Shown here piece after piece: positions 17,601 through 26,816 of a stretch of DNA of 33,587 nucleotides. How positions within the stretch are numbered: position 1 is the first letter of the stretch; each line of letters starts with the position of its first letter. The stretch spans positions 1-33,587 of IMG/VR virus record IMGVR_UViG_3300048881_000702. One strand, 5' to 3'. This DNA comes from a virus. Its lineage: Duplodnaviria > Caudoviricetes. The notes beneath the pieces were generated by a model. That model saw only the letters and a list, made by a program, of their open reading frames with translations, was not told the origin of the DNA and did no database searches. A program made the translations under genes and the position numbers.

Positions 17601-20600
17601 CACCGAGACCATCGGTGAGCTTCTCTTCTTCGGGGCGAAGGGCTCGTTCAGCGCCGGTGGGACGGTCCTCACCGATGACTCGGCGGAGTTCGTGACCAAC
17701 GGCGTCCTTGAGGGCTACCGCCTGAAGATCCCTACCGGCGACGCCGCGGGATCTTACCGGGTCACGGCGGTCCAGAGCGACCAACTCGATGTGGAGCCCT
17801 CCTTCCCCGCAGGCTCCGGCGCGTCGCCGGTGGCCTGGGAGGTCTACAAGATGAAGACCGTCGACGAGATCGACTCGCAGGTCGTCGTCGACTACGTCTA
17901 CAACCGGTTCAACCACCTCCCCGAGGAGCCCTTCATCATCCGGGTTCTCACGAAGGCGGGTGCCTGTCCCCTCGACGAGGCCGCCCAGACGGCGGGCCGC
18001 CTCTCCGTGGATCTGGCGAAGGACCTCCAGAGGAGCCGTCCCGTGTTCATACGGTTCGGTCTGGAGGGGGTGAACCTGTCGGTCACCCTCCTCGAGCGGA
18101 GCGAGCTCGGCCGCATCGCCAACAGCTCTGTCTTCATCCCCCCGGGACCCTCCTTCGATGACCGGACGTTCAAGCTCGTGATCGGGACGACGGAGCTCGT
18201 GGCGGGCGTCGATCTCCTCGAAGTGGCGGAGTTCAGCGAGGATCCAGGGACCGGAGACGGGGCGGAGTTCCTCCCGGGCACCGGAGAGGTCCGTTTCGGC
18301 AGCAACCTCCTGGAGTCGCTTGAGCAGTCGGAGGTCGTGTTCTCCGAGACGTTCACGAACCCCTCTACCCTCCTCGCGGGATCAGTGGAGGTGGATCCAG
18401 GCAGTGGCGGGATCAACCTGTCGGCCCCCGACATGGTCTCGTACGGCACCGAGGACGTCTACTGGGTCGCCCGGATGATCACGGAGGACCGCCTCGACGT
18501 GGTGCCGAACCCGATGGCCGGGGCCTTCCTGTTCCGGGAGCCCCTTATCGTCGGCCAACTCGTGGAGGTGACGTACACGCAGTGTGATTCAGGCGGTGAC
18601 AAGCTCATCGACGAGGAGGGTGTCCCCAACCCCCCGGTCACCGAGTTCCTCCCGCTCTACGTCCGGGGCGAGGAGTGCGCGCGGATCGAACCCCAGATCT
18701 ATTCGTTCAACCCGGAGGGCAAGACCACCCGCCAGGATGTCGAACCTGTCGTCTACGCCGGCCACGAGATGATGAACTTCGCCGGTCTTGAGTCCATGCA
18801 AGTCGACTGGGACGAGAACCGCATCTACTTCTCCAATGAGGTAGGGGAGGCTGTCCGGGTCACGATCAGCTACGGCGTGTTCGAGGCGTTCGGCGGCGAG
18901 CTCGTCTACACCGTGTCGAAGCCCCCGGTCTACCGCCCCCCGTTCTACATCCCCGGGGGTTCTGATTCGTTCACCCTCGTCTCGGACCGCACAGATGACC
19001 TGCTCCCCGGGGCAGTCCTGCGGCTCGGCGGTCACATGTTCTACCTCAAGTCCGTGGTGTATGACGCTGCATCTGACACCACCGCGGTCAGCATCTTCCC
19101 TTCGACCGAGAGGGACGGGGCGGGATCCCTGGCTCCCGGCAACGACGCCATCTCCTTCGTCACGGTTGCGCCGGTCACCTCTGAGGTCGACGGGACCCCG
19201 ACTCCCGGTGCCCCCGGCGGATTCATGGTGGGCATGGCGGAGCTCCTCGGCCTGGTCGAGGATCCGGTCTGGGAGCCCGTGACGAAGGGCCGGGTCGAGG
19301 TTGTGATCGCTGCCGACCTGACCAAGGTCGTGACGGCGGGCCACCTCCTCGAGATGTCCGGCGTGCCCTACACCATCGTGGCCGTGAACCTCTCCGACGA
19401 CGGCCGCCGCACCACCGTCTCGACCACGCCCAACTTCACCAAGGGGGCCGCCTACGGCATAGACACGATCCGTCTGACGACCAGGCCGCTCTACCCCCAG
19501 GGGAACGTCAACTACATCGGGGCCGGACCCTACCTCTACGACCTGCCGAACGAGGTCGTCCTCTGGGGCGAGGAGGACGAGCTCGGGAACGAGTTGCCCG
19601 GCCGCACCCTCGCACAGGGCGTCGACTACAACGCGGATCCCATCACCGGGGAGATCGCCGTCCAGGTGCCGAAACAGCAACATGTGGCACCGGGGCAGAT
19701 GCTCGCCTTTTCGAGGACCCGGGTGATCGTGGCACAGCCCTCCCTGAAGGACGGCGTCCTCATGTTCCCGAGGTTCGGGGCGAAGTACAAGCACGGCCAC
19801 CTCCCCTCCGACGACAACGGCCTGAAGTCGGCCGCCCTCCTCGGGACGTACACGTTCCGGTCTCCGGACAGCTTCTACTTCCGGGCCGTCCCCCTGCTCG
19901 ACTACATGGGCGAGGTCGCCCTCCAGATGGTCCAGGAGGCCAAGGCGAAGGGTTCCTCCTACGGACCCTCCACCGGGGGCGGGGGCGGTCCGAAGAACTG
20001 GGACAACGGCAGGGTGGGTCTGGCGGTGGAGCGGACGGGTCTCCTGGACAAGGACAGGGCGGCCCGCAAGTTTCTCGGGTTCTACAACCAGGTGGTCGTC
20101 TGCTGCGAGCAGATCAACGAGACGATCACCGGCCGCATCGTGGGGGACCGGGACCGGAAGTTCAGGTTCTGGGTCGGCGCGGGCCTCGAGTGGACGCCTC
20201 CGGGGTGGGAGGATCCCGTCACGGGCCTCTTGAACCCCCGCAACCTGTGGACCACCGTGTTCATGGAGTTCTCCGGCAGCACGCAGGGGACGATGCGGGT
20301 GGACGAGGACGACTGGGTGGTGGTGCCCTACACGGCGGGGATCGTGGACGGGGTCATTGACGGGGAGTTCATCGACGGCGACGTCATGAGGTACCTGATC
20401 GCCCGCCAGGCGGAGTTGATCAAGAACGATGTCGACGACTTCGTCATCGTTCGCCGGAAGCGGCCGCGCATCATCTTCAAGCTGCTCCCCCTGCCACACT
20501 TCGTGTTGAAGGCGAGGGGCCGCTACGAGAGGCTCTCGGAACCCAACGAGTTCTCCCGCATCTTTCCGGAGAGGTCCAGGGCCTTCACCAACCTGTTCCC

Positions 20601-23600
20601 CGGGGTGGGGAACAACCCCCCGGCGCAGAACTACGGGGAGCACCTGTTCCTCGGGATGCGGGACTGGAAGCTCAAGAGCACCTTCTTCAGCTCCACGGCG
20701 GCCATCTCGAACCCCGTGCTGGGGACCATCGAGAACATCTTCTCCATCTCCTCGTCGCCCCGGACCGCCAGGGCGCGCATCTGGGACTGGAGCCCCACCG
20801 GGTTCCCCGATCTCGACGCCGCTCTCGGGACGGACTTCACGAACAACCCCCGTCCGGCGGTCATCGCCACGCCGTTCCCGCTCACCGACTTCCCCGTGGA
20901 CTCGGATACGGGTCTGCCCGATGTGTCCCGCATGGCCTCCATGGACGAGAACGGCATACCCGACCTCAACACGGGCGACTGGGAGATCAGCACGCCGCCG
21001 TGGAGGCCCGGGACCAAGGTCCAGTTCGGGAGGCCCGACGGCACCATTTACTCCGTGGGCCACACCGCCACATCCCTCAGCATCTTCGGGATGTCGAAGG
21101 TGAACCCGGTCTTCGTGGAGGCGATCTACGGGGGGTGTGTCGTCGTGTTCAACGACAGCGACGGCGACTCCGTCGTCAGCCACTCCTCGTTCGTGGAACT
21201 CACCTCCGACGACGGCGGGCCGCCGGTGGACATCTTCAAGGGCGACACCATCATGGAGTCCCTCGGGGCGGGTGCCGAGGTGGAGCCCGAGGATCCGCCC
21301 ACCATGGAGGACCTCACCAGGGTGGCGGCCTCCATGCCCGCCTACCGGAACGGCTTCGACGTCGCCTACAACCGACGGCGCGGGCAGATGCGGGACATCT
21401 CCTTCCCCTCGTTCGGCGACCCCACGTTCTTCGGCCTCCAGGAGATATTCGGCCAGAACCCCCCGAAGCCCAACACGCGCATCGAGTCCGAGGTGTTCTT
21501 CCACCAGAGCGAACTCGAACCTGTCGAGATCCCCGCCCTTCTCGGGGACTTCCGGGATGACAGCGGGGACTTCACGCTCCCCTACCTGGCGGCCACCAAC
21601 ACCGAGATCCAGCGGCTCCAGGCCGCCGCACGCGGCGGGGTGGAAGTCATCATGTCCGACTGCGACGTCGTCCCCGCCATCGCCGTCTGGTGGGGCCAGA
21701 CGTGGAAGGCGGTGTTCCCGGACGAGATCCTCGGGGCCGACGGGGTCATCTCCAGCTCAGGGGTGGCACCCGCCGCCCTGACGACTTCCGTGGACCTCTT
21801 CCCCGTGGACACCAACGGCAGCTACGACGCCCGCTCCGGCGTCGGTGACCTGCGTCGGTGGGACCTGCTCCTGGTGGAGGGCGACGACATCGCACCCGTG
21901 AGCCCCGTGGCGGGGTCGCAGGGCATCCTCTCCGTCGGCCAGGTCGATCCCTCGTCGCCCGGCGTCATCGAGACCCCGAGGTTCATCGCGCCCGTCAATG
22001 AGGGATCCCGGGTCAACTACAAGGTTGACCGGGCCATCGTCTGGACGGACCACGACGGCGGCTACACCTCCGGCCTCCGGGTCGAGCAGCGGTTCTACGA
22101 CGAGACCCCCGCCGGGTTCCGGTGGACGGAGACGAGGTTCAAGTTCGACTCCGTGGGTCCGGGGTTCATCATCCTCGACGACGGCAGCCAGGGCGGCCTC
22201 TACGACCCTGTCAACGCCTTCACGCCCACCGGGGGACTGAACGACCTGTTCGCCAAGGCCATGGGGGGTGCGGGCACCGCCGCCGACCCTGCCACGATCC
22301 TCAAGCTCAAGATCCTGCGGCGGCCCGCCGACCTCGCGGCCCCGGTGGCCGGAGACGGCGAGGTCCAACTCGAGGTCTGGATCAGGAAGTCCAGCGTCTA
22401 CGCCGCAGGCGAGGAGATCAAGGACGGCGAGTTCTACCTGTCCGTGGATGAGGGGGTCACCTGGACGCAGGCGTTCGTCTACGCCGCCGACACCGACTCC
22501 GACGGCACCTTCGAGACGGACTACGACGGCCCCGTGGTCTGGTTCCACACCGACTCTGGCTCTGCGACCGACGACATCATCATCAGGACCGTCCACCCGG
22601 ACGACGAGCACCTGGATGCCACGGACGGCAACGGCACCCCCGAGGGCACCGGCGGCTACGATCCCGGCACCTGGGGCTACCAGGATCCCCTCTACGACCC
22701 GGCCAACACCGACGACATCGCCGAGTGGTTCCCCTTCGTCGGGTTCGACCATGTCACCATCGACGGCGATGGCGACCTCCCGGAGCTCCAGCCCGGGGAG
22801 CCCGGCTTCCCTGGTCCGAACCCCGACTACGACGAGGAGACCAAGATCCTCTACACGTACGGCGGCCACCTGCCCGGGGATCCGGATCTGTACCTCGACT
22901 CCTTCATCGATCTGGAGGTCGTCGAGGGGCGCACGGCGATCATCGAGAACGACAGGCTCACCTTCTCCGACAGGGTCGACTTCCGGACGGCCCGGCCGAG
23001 GGACTTCGAGCACACCCTCACGTCGAACACGCCGCTCTGGCTGGTCCTCAAGGAGATCCGGTCGGAGACCGTCATGTGGAACGCCGTCGGTACGGCCACG
23101 TCGGTCATGTCGTCGGTGAACGACCCCGAGACCTCCATGAACGTCCCCGACCCCCTCACGTTCCTCGCCCGCGCCATTGGTGCAGGCACGGTCTATGGCG
23201 TCGGGTGGTATGACACCGTCGGGGTGGGCATCGGCTCCGTCAAGGCGATGGCCTGGGAGGGGCACGGGAACACTCCGGTCGAGGCGACCACGGTCCTGTT
23301 CTCCGCCGTCCCTTCGAGCTCAGTCGCCAAGGACGCCAGCCTCGACATCTGCGAGGGGACAGGCATCTTCGGCGGAGCCGTGGACACGCCGGCATCGCCG
23401 CCAGGGATCGACACTGCCGTGCTGAAGGACCGCATCCTCGTTCACGACACGGGCAACCCCGCCCCGCAGGCCGCCTCCTTCGACCCCACCACCGTGGAGA
23501 AGGGCGACATCGCGGTCGTGTGGGCCGGCGCACCGAGTACCATCGACACCCTGATGCTGAACCGTGGGACCGCCCGGGCTGGCACATATCTGATCCGGCA

Positions 23601-26565
23601 CACCATCACGGCGGATCCCTACCAGCCTGCTGCGCCGGATCAGACGGTGCCCACGGAGTCGATGGTCAAGGCCCTGCACCTCACGGCCCCGACGCCGTCC
23701 CCGAGCGGATGGGTCAGGTCGTACATGCCGAAGATCACGGCGGTCGACCGCACCCTCGGGCGCATCTGGGTGGACGCCGTCGAGCCGGTTACCGAATCGC
23801 CGACGGGCCACGCCTGGACCGCCACCGGCGACTTCTACATCCTCCGGTCCACGCCAGCCACCGGGGTGGACGAGGCCACCTGGCGGGGGGTCTGCTTCAA
23901 GATCCCCTACACGGCGGTTGAGGACGACGACTCGGACGTCGACTACGCCGGCACCGGCTGGTTCTCGGTGACTATCGGCGGCCTCCTGGACTCGATGGAC
24001 GACACCATCGTCGGCGCCGCAGGCCCCCTCACGGACGACCAGCGGTGGGACTTGCTTGAGGCCGAGGTCGGCAAGACCGTGTTCGGTATCAAGTACCTCC
24101 CCGTCAGGATCACCGGCCAGGGGCTCCCGCCAACGGGTGCCACGGGGTACACGGAGGGGGTCGACGCCACAAGCTACGTGGCGCACCTCGGGTTCGCCGC
24201 CCTGACCGTTCGGCACCCGCATCTCGAATATGACGACGGCAGCGACGGCTCATACGACAACGGCACCGTGGAGTTCAACGTCGACAAGACTCTGTGGGAC
24301 GGGACGCTCGAAGGCTCCTTGCCTGCGAGCTTCATCGCCATCTCCGAGGCCCCCGTCCCGGCCAACCCGGGCGCATACCAGGTCGAGGAGGGTGACTACC
24401 AGCACACGGGCATCCCCTACATGCTGGACATCTCCGACGTGTCCGATGCCGACTGGCAGACGATCAATACGGCCTGGGACGACGATGCCCTCGCCCCGGC
24501 GGCGCACACCTCCGTGATCAACGCCCTGATGCCGGGGTGTTCGCTCGAAACCGCCACCACGCCGGACGTGCTGGATCCGGCAACGACCTTCCCGGCGTTC
24601 TACGCCGAGGCGGGCCTCTTCCTCGAGCCGTCCTTCCCCAGACCGGTGTCGGACCTGGCGGACGGCAACGCCCAGGTTGTCGCCGGTCCGGACTTCAACA
24701 GCGCCGCCCTCGACCTTCCGGCCGACGCCGTGGGGTCCCGGGCCGAGCTCGACTTCCTGGACGTGGACGAGATCGCCGTCCTCACGGCCGCCGTCCCGGG
24801 CAACCTGTTCGAGCGCGTCCAAGTGAGCGTCCGCAGGATCCGCAGGTGGCACGAGGTCCAGGACCAGTTCGCGCTGAACCTGGCCGCCCTCCGGTACGCT
24901 TACGAGACCCGCTACGGGACCATCAACACATACGCGCAGGCGGGCACCTTCGGCACCTTCGTCGCCGACGGGGACGGGACGCAACTCGGCGGGTTCGACG
25001 ACGCCGATGTGAACATCAACCCCGGCGACATCGTCCGGGTCTACGGGGAGACCACCGGCGAGCTCATCGCACAGGGTGAGATCGCCTCCATCCAGAACGC
25101 CACCACCCTTCAACTCGCCCCGCCGGGCCTCATCATCTACGATGAACCCGACGGGACGACGAACCCGGCGACCCCGTGGGTGGGCCTCCGCTTCGAGGTC
25201 TACCTGCATCTGGCCCCCGTGCCGCACCAGCAGTCCAACGACCAACTCCTCGAACTCGCCACGGACCGGGTCATCCTCAAGCGGGAGGCCGTGATGGATG
25301 ACGGCGCTGCCGGACAGGACGGCGGCATGGTCGCCTGGGACACCTCCGAGGCGGGTCCAATGCCGGGGACGCAGCCGGAACTGGACGTCTGGAAGTCGAC
25401 CGTCTACGACGCCTCCGTGAACATCCTGACCGACACAGAGGCGGGGACCGACCCCGACCAGATCAACTTCCAGCAGCTCGGCGTGGAGGAGGATGACATC
25501 ATCCTCATCGACCCCGCCGGACCCCTGCGCCCTCCTGGTATCGACCCCGTCACGCCGGATGAGGAACTCGAGCAGGGCAGCCGGCCCTACGGCGACATCG
25601 GCGTGGACGGTAGGTCGACCGACTGGATCAAGGGACGCCCCGCCGAGCTCGACGACAACCGGGGCTACTACGTGGTCGAAGAGGTGTCAGGCCCCACGGA
25701 ACTCAAGCTCAAGACATTCGACGACTCACCCTTCGCTGGGATGCGGGGCGGGGACAGGCTGTTCTCCGGCGGGGACACAGCGTTCGCCCTCTACCCGACC
25801 GTGAACGCCTCGGGTCTCACAGGCCAGGCTGACCCCGCCATCCCCTCCACGGAAGGTCAGGGAGACCTCCGCCCCACGGCCTTCGTCGGCGAGGATCTCC
25901 TGGCGGTGGACGGTGTCGGGAACACGGAGCCGACCTCGTACGCCGACAACTTCTTCTCCATCGCCCCGTTCTCCTACCGCATCCTCCGGCCGAGTGGGTT
26001 CTTCTCGGAGGAGGCCCTCGAACTCATCCTGTTCCACCGGGAGCGGATCCTCTCCCTCATCGAGCACTTCAAGAGGGCGATGGACGGCTCCAAGAGGGGG
26101 ACATACAGGGAGTTCCAGGAACTCCGGCACATCGACGACCTCGGTTCGCCCACGGTGGACGAGGAGGGCATGGGACTGCTCTCCAACGCCTTCATCTACG
26201 GCGTGACCGGTCAGTTCCAGACGTCTCCGTTCCTCAACGACGCCGACTGCCTGTCCGTCCTCGACCGCCGAGTTCACTGCCAAGACTATGAACTGGATCT
26301 TACGAAGCCCCCCTTCGACGCCGGGGGCGACTTCTACACAGCGATGAAGGATCTCGGCGTCGGGAGGCCCTTGGTGGTGGACATGTTCGACAACATCCTG
26401 AACAACTCGGACAGGTTCCGGGAGCTCCGCTACTCGTGGCTCACCTACCGCGTCCACAGGGTCGACGGGACCCTCCCGAAGGTCGAGCGGTTCGACAGGG
26501 AGCTCCCGAAGCGCATCAGGGAGCTGGAGCGGATGCGTAGGATGACCGAGGGAACGGGGAGGTAG
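14605..26565 (+). CDS. Giant acidic, beta-rich putative virion structural protein, 3986 aa, function unknown
   Basis: 11,961-bp uninterrupted ORF with strong G/C third-position bias. ATG abuts the previous TGA. Repeated small beta-barrel-like modules, DxDxDG motifs and one Asp-box. Embedded in the baseplate cluster. Confidence 0.8.
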   Translation: MGIFDGHVLRGPRVAQSNATTTAPSTGGVCGDVKVIGTGFTASFQNAWGTDNLVRPSYYQYEAAILEGREGKVEEYLVWAANSSNLSVVEGPTNAIDEGSVSIPWGEQYVFTSDMSKFSKPLAGEVTFTSGLAAITGVGTEFESALSPGAYIYFGLAQYTVASVESDTEATLTAPAGASFVAAAGTIVVIEPLAGASENLVLTDDGGRSIAGVIGITVVLGDDELKVRQPLVVGVDITCDDPDSGIITINDTPAMQAMFRPAAGSVPAMSSKRGDFVYSVAYYLAAPRFWWTRNDPGAERFGWNGAKQRWEPFKGGPPKDLERLTPDGSYELSPRPTGIAIGEYLPGTYGADEYCMVRLGLRPDSSSIPVGDAGDGEAFRGVLAVPDDVAESGDFDFASYVPPPAAIVGETSGTLIWNPQMIALHAGKTVWYMPLAFEPASNGALGELDGSDSDPLFITPIPGPTERPLLRIGSRRWLNILFLDTDAELMAEANADPDWPPTGNIALSLSTGMIKCSPADVVKASMGLVESPNPDFDKAYGGVQVFYDGVSLTRAAQPPRAPVQLAASLDAGDLPLSIPTAEVGPGLGTSGIWHVEDGTGAVPDGTPQVTHRYGESGLVRKVEGIGDSFVFVPNRPLEKLKLYNTIADLAQFVLMPFLIRKGRAAVAVGNSATGTQAVVGLTDLVRFNGRSVYFQQADLTPAVYAEDARIVSRRIGPYTLRGDERLYMVFSGSTITQWDAIDLAGGEVDEDGVEYTTEEVAEAITLALPAGFLCSAVMNRLVIHPDQAPPYTGQMEILPGLAGNKDLSGCAALGILPFWAVNHPVDPAIARTATDPNWLPDSGSSVGLWRSPYNEDGSGDEPDFAARARMDEEHLGDVSESPFVFLMQTPLEDVAGVDDGVFFEIQRGPYRKKLEHLDNIKHMFEDGKFAWIDSKTVAFAAEAPVSNVPLGGLDVVPETLHPALKGYFRSSLAGEPFALMQEDEDYIVPHNGMPGSAILTETIGELLFFGAKGSFSAGGTVLTDDSAEFVTNGVLEGYRLKIPTGDAAGSYRVTAVQSDQLDVEPSFPAGSGASPVAWEVYKMKTVDEIDSQVVVDYVYNRFNHLPEEPFIIRVLTKAGACPLDEAAQTAGRLSVDLAKDLQRSRPVFIRFGLEGVNLSVTLLERSELGRIANSSVFIPPGPSFDDRTFKLVIGTTELVAGVDLLEVAEFSEDPGTGDGAEFLPGTGEVRFGSNLLESLEQSEVVFSETFTNPSTLLAGSVEVDPGSGGINLSAPDMVSYGTEDVYWVARMITEDRLDVVPNPMAGAFLFREPLIVGQLVEVTYTQCDSGGDKLIDEEGVPNPPVTEFLPLYVRGEECARIEPQIYSFNPEGKTTRQDVEPVVYAGHEMMNFAGLESMQVDWDENRIYFSNEVGEAVRVTISYGVFEAFGGELVYTVSKPPVYRPPFYIPGGSDSFTLVSDRTDDLLPGAVLRLGGHMFYLKSVVYDAASDTTAVSIFPSTERDGAGSLAPGNDAISFVTVAPVTSEVDGTPTPGAPGGFMVGMAELLGLVEDPVWEPVTKGRVEVVIAADLTKVVTAGHLLEMSGVPYTIVAVNLSDDGRRTTVSTTPNFTKGAAYGIDTIRLTTRPLYPQGNVNYIGAGPYLYDLPNEVVLWGEEDELGNELPGRTLAQGVDYNADPITGEIAVQVPKQQHVAPGQMLAFSRTRVIVAQPSLKDGVLMFPRFGAKYKHGHLPSDDNGLKSAALLGTYTFRSPDSFYFRAVPLLDYMGEVALQMVQEAKAKGSSYGPSTGGGGGPKNWDNGRVGLAVERTGLLDKDRAARKFLGFYNQVVVCCEQINETITGRIVGDRDRKFRFWVGAGLEWTPPGWEDPVTGLLNPRNLWTTVFMEFSGSTQGTMRVDEDDWVVVPYTAGIVDGVIDGEFIDGDVMRYLIARQAELIKNDVDDFVIVRRKRPRIIFKLLPLPHFVLKARGRYERLSEPNEFSRIFPERSRAFTNLFPGVGNNPPAQNYGEHLFLGMRDWKLKSTFFSSTAAISNPVLGTIENIFSISSSPRTARARIWDWSPTGFPDLDAALGTDFTNNPRPAVIATPFPLTDFPVDSDTGLPDVSRMASMDENGIPDLNTGDWEISTPPWRPGTKVQFGRPDGTIYSVGHTATSLSIFGMSKVNPVFVEAIYGGCVVVFNDSDGDSVVSHSSFVELTSDDGGPPVDIFKGDTIMESLGAGAEVEPEDPPTMEDLTRVAASMPAYRNGFDVAYNRRRGQMRDISFPSFGDPTFFGLQEIFGQNPPKPNTRIESEVFFHQSELEPVEIPALLGDFRDDSGDFTLPYLAATNTEIQRLQAAARGGVEVIMSDCDVVPAIAVWWGQTWKAVFPDEILGADGVISSSGVAPAALTTSVDLFPVDTNGSYDARSGVGDLRRWDLLLVEGDDIAPVSPVAGSQGILSVGQVDPSSPGVIETPRFIAPVNEGSRVNYKVDRAIVWTDHDGGYTSGLRVEQRFYDETPAGFRWTETRFKFDSVGPGFIILDDGSQGGLYDPVNAFTPTGGLNDLFAKAMGGAGTAADPATILKLKILRRPADLAAPVAGDGEVQLEVWIRKSSVYAAGEEIKDGEFYLSVDEGVTWTQAFVYAADTDSDGTFETDYDGPVVWFHTDSGSATDDIIIRTVHPDDEHLDATDGNGTPEGTGGYDPGTWGYQDPLYDPANTDDIAEWFPFVGFDHVTIDGDGDLPELQPGEPGFPGPNPDYDEETKILYTYGGHLPGDPDLYLDSFIDLEVVEGRTAIIENDRLTFSDRVDFRTARPRDFEHTLTSNTPLWLVLKEIRSETVMWNAVGTATSVMSSVNDPETSMNVPDPLTFLARAIGAGTVYGVGWYDTVGVGIGSVKAMAWEGHGNTPVEATTVLFSAVPSSSVAKDASLDICEGTGIFGGAVDTPASPPGIDTAVLKDRILVHDTGNPAPQAASFDPTTVEKGDIAVVWAGAPSTIDTLMLNRGTARAGTYLIRHTITADPYQPAAPDQTVPTESMVKALHLTAPTPSPSGWVRSYMPKITAVDRTLGRIWVDAVEPVTESPTGHAWTATGDFYILRSTPATGVDEATWRGVCFKIPYTAVEDDDSDVDYAGTGWFSVTIGGLLDSMDDTIVGAAGPLTDDQRWDLLEAEVGKTVFGIKYLPVRITGQGLPPTGATGYTEGVDATSYVAHLGFAALTVRHPHLEYDDGSDGSYDNGTVEFNVDKTLWDGTLEGSLPASFIAISEAPVPANPGAYQVEEGDYQHTGIPYMLDISDVSDADWQTINTAWDDDALAPAAHTSVINALMPGCSLETATTPDVLDPATTFPAFYAEAGLFLEPSFPRPVSDLADGNAQVVAGPDFNSAALDLPADAVGSRAELDFLDVDEIAVLTAAVPGNLFERVQVSVRRIRRWHEVQDQFALNLAALRYAYETRYGTINTYAQAGTFGTFVADGDGTQLGGFDDADVNINPGDIVRVYGETTGELIAQGEIASIQNATTLQLAPPGLIIYDEPDGTTNPATPWVGLRFEVYLHLAPVPHQQSNDQLLELATDRVILKREAVMDDGAAGQDGGMVAWDTSEAGPMPGTQPELDVWKSTVYDASVNILTDTEAGTDPDQINFQQLGVEEDDIILIDPAGPLRPPGIDPVTPDEELEQGSRPYGDIGVDGRSTDWIKGRPAELDDNRGYYVVEEVSGPTELKLKTFDDSPFAGMRGGDRLFSGGDTAFALYPTVNASGLTGQADPAIPSTEGQGDLRPTAFVGEDLLAVDGVGNTEPTSYADNFFSIAPFSYRILRPSGFFSEEALELILFHRERILSLIEHFKRAMDGSKRGTYREFQELRHIDDLGSPTVDEEGMGLLSNAFIYGVTGQFQTSPFLNDADCLSVLDRRVHCQDYELDLTKPPFDAGGDFYTAMKDLGVGRPLVVDMFDNILNNSDRFRELRYSWLTYRVHRVDGTLPKVERFDRELPKRIRELERMRRMTEGTGR

Positions 26566-26567
26566 CG

Positions 26568-26816
26568 ATGTCGAGCAAGAGCATGACGTACGAGGAGATG
26601 GTGGCGAAGCTGAAGGAACTCGGCATCGGGCCAGGTCCCCGCATGATCCGCCCCAAGCGGGACATTCAGGCGACCGCCCTCCCCTCCATAAAGAAGCAGA
26701 TGGAACTCCTGGAGAACCTCAACGGCCTCCTCCAGGCCCAGGTGAAGCAGGACCATGAGCTCGTCCTCGCCCTGCGGGAGAAGGTGAACCGCCTCAAGCA
26801 CGGCGGGGGCATGTAA
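26568..26816 (+). CDS. Small basic coiled-coil hypothetical protein, 82 aa
   Basis: GGAGG in the end of the upstream gene, then TAG-CG-ATG. Heptad-like C-terminal half (IKKQMELLENLNGLLQAQVKQDHELVLALREKVNRLK). Tiles exactly between its neighbours. Confidence 0.75.
   Translation: MSSKSMTYEEMVAKLKELGIGPGPRMIRPKRDIQATALPSIKKQMELLENLNGLLQAQVKQDHELVLALREKVNRLKHGGGM

Noticed and set aside
14023-21504. Long minus-strand ORFs (1297 aa at 14023-17916, 971 aa at 18589-21504; likewise 659-2758, 11536-13617, 13212-14759)
   Set aside because: They lie wholly antisense to well-supported genes and show the Val/Gly/Arg/His/Asp-skewed composition expected from mirroring genes with strong G/C third-position bias. 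No motifs recognised.
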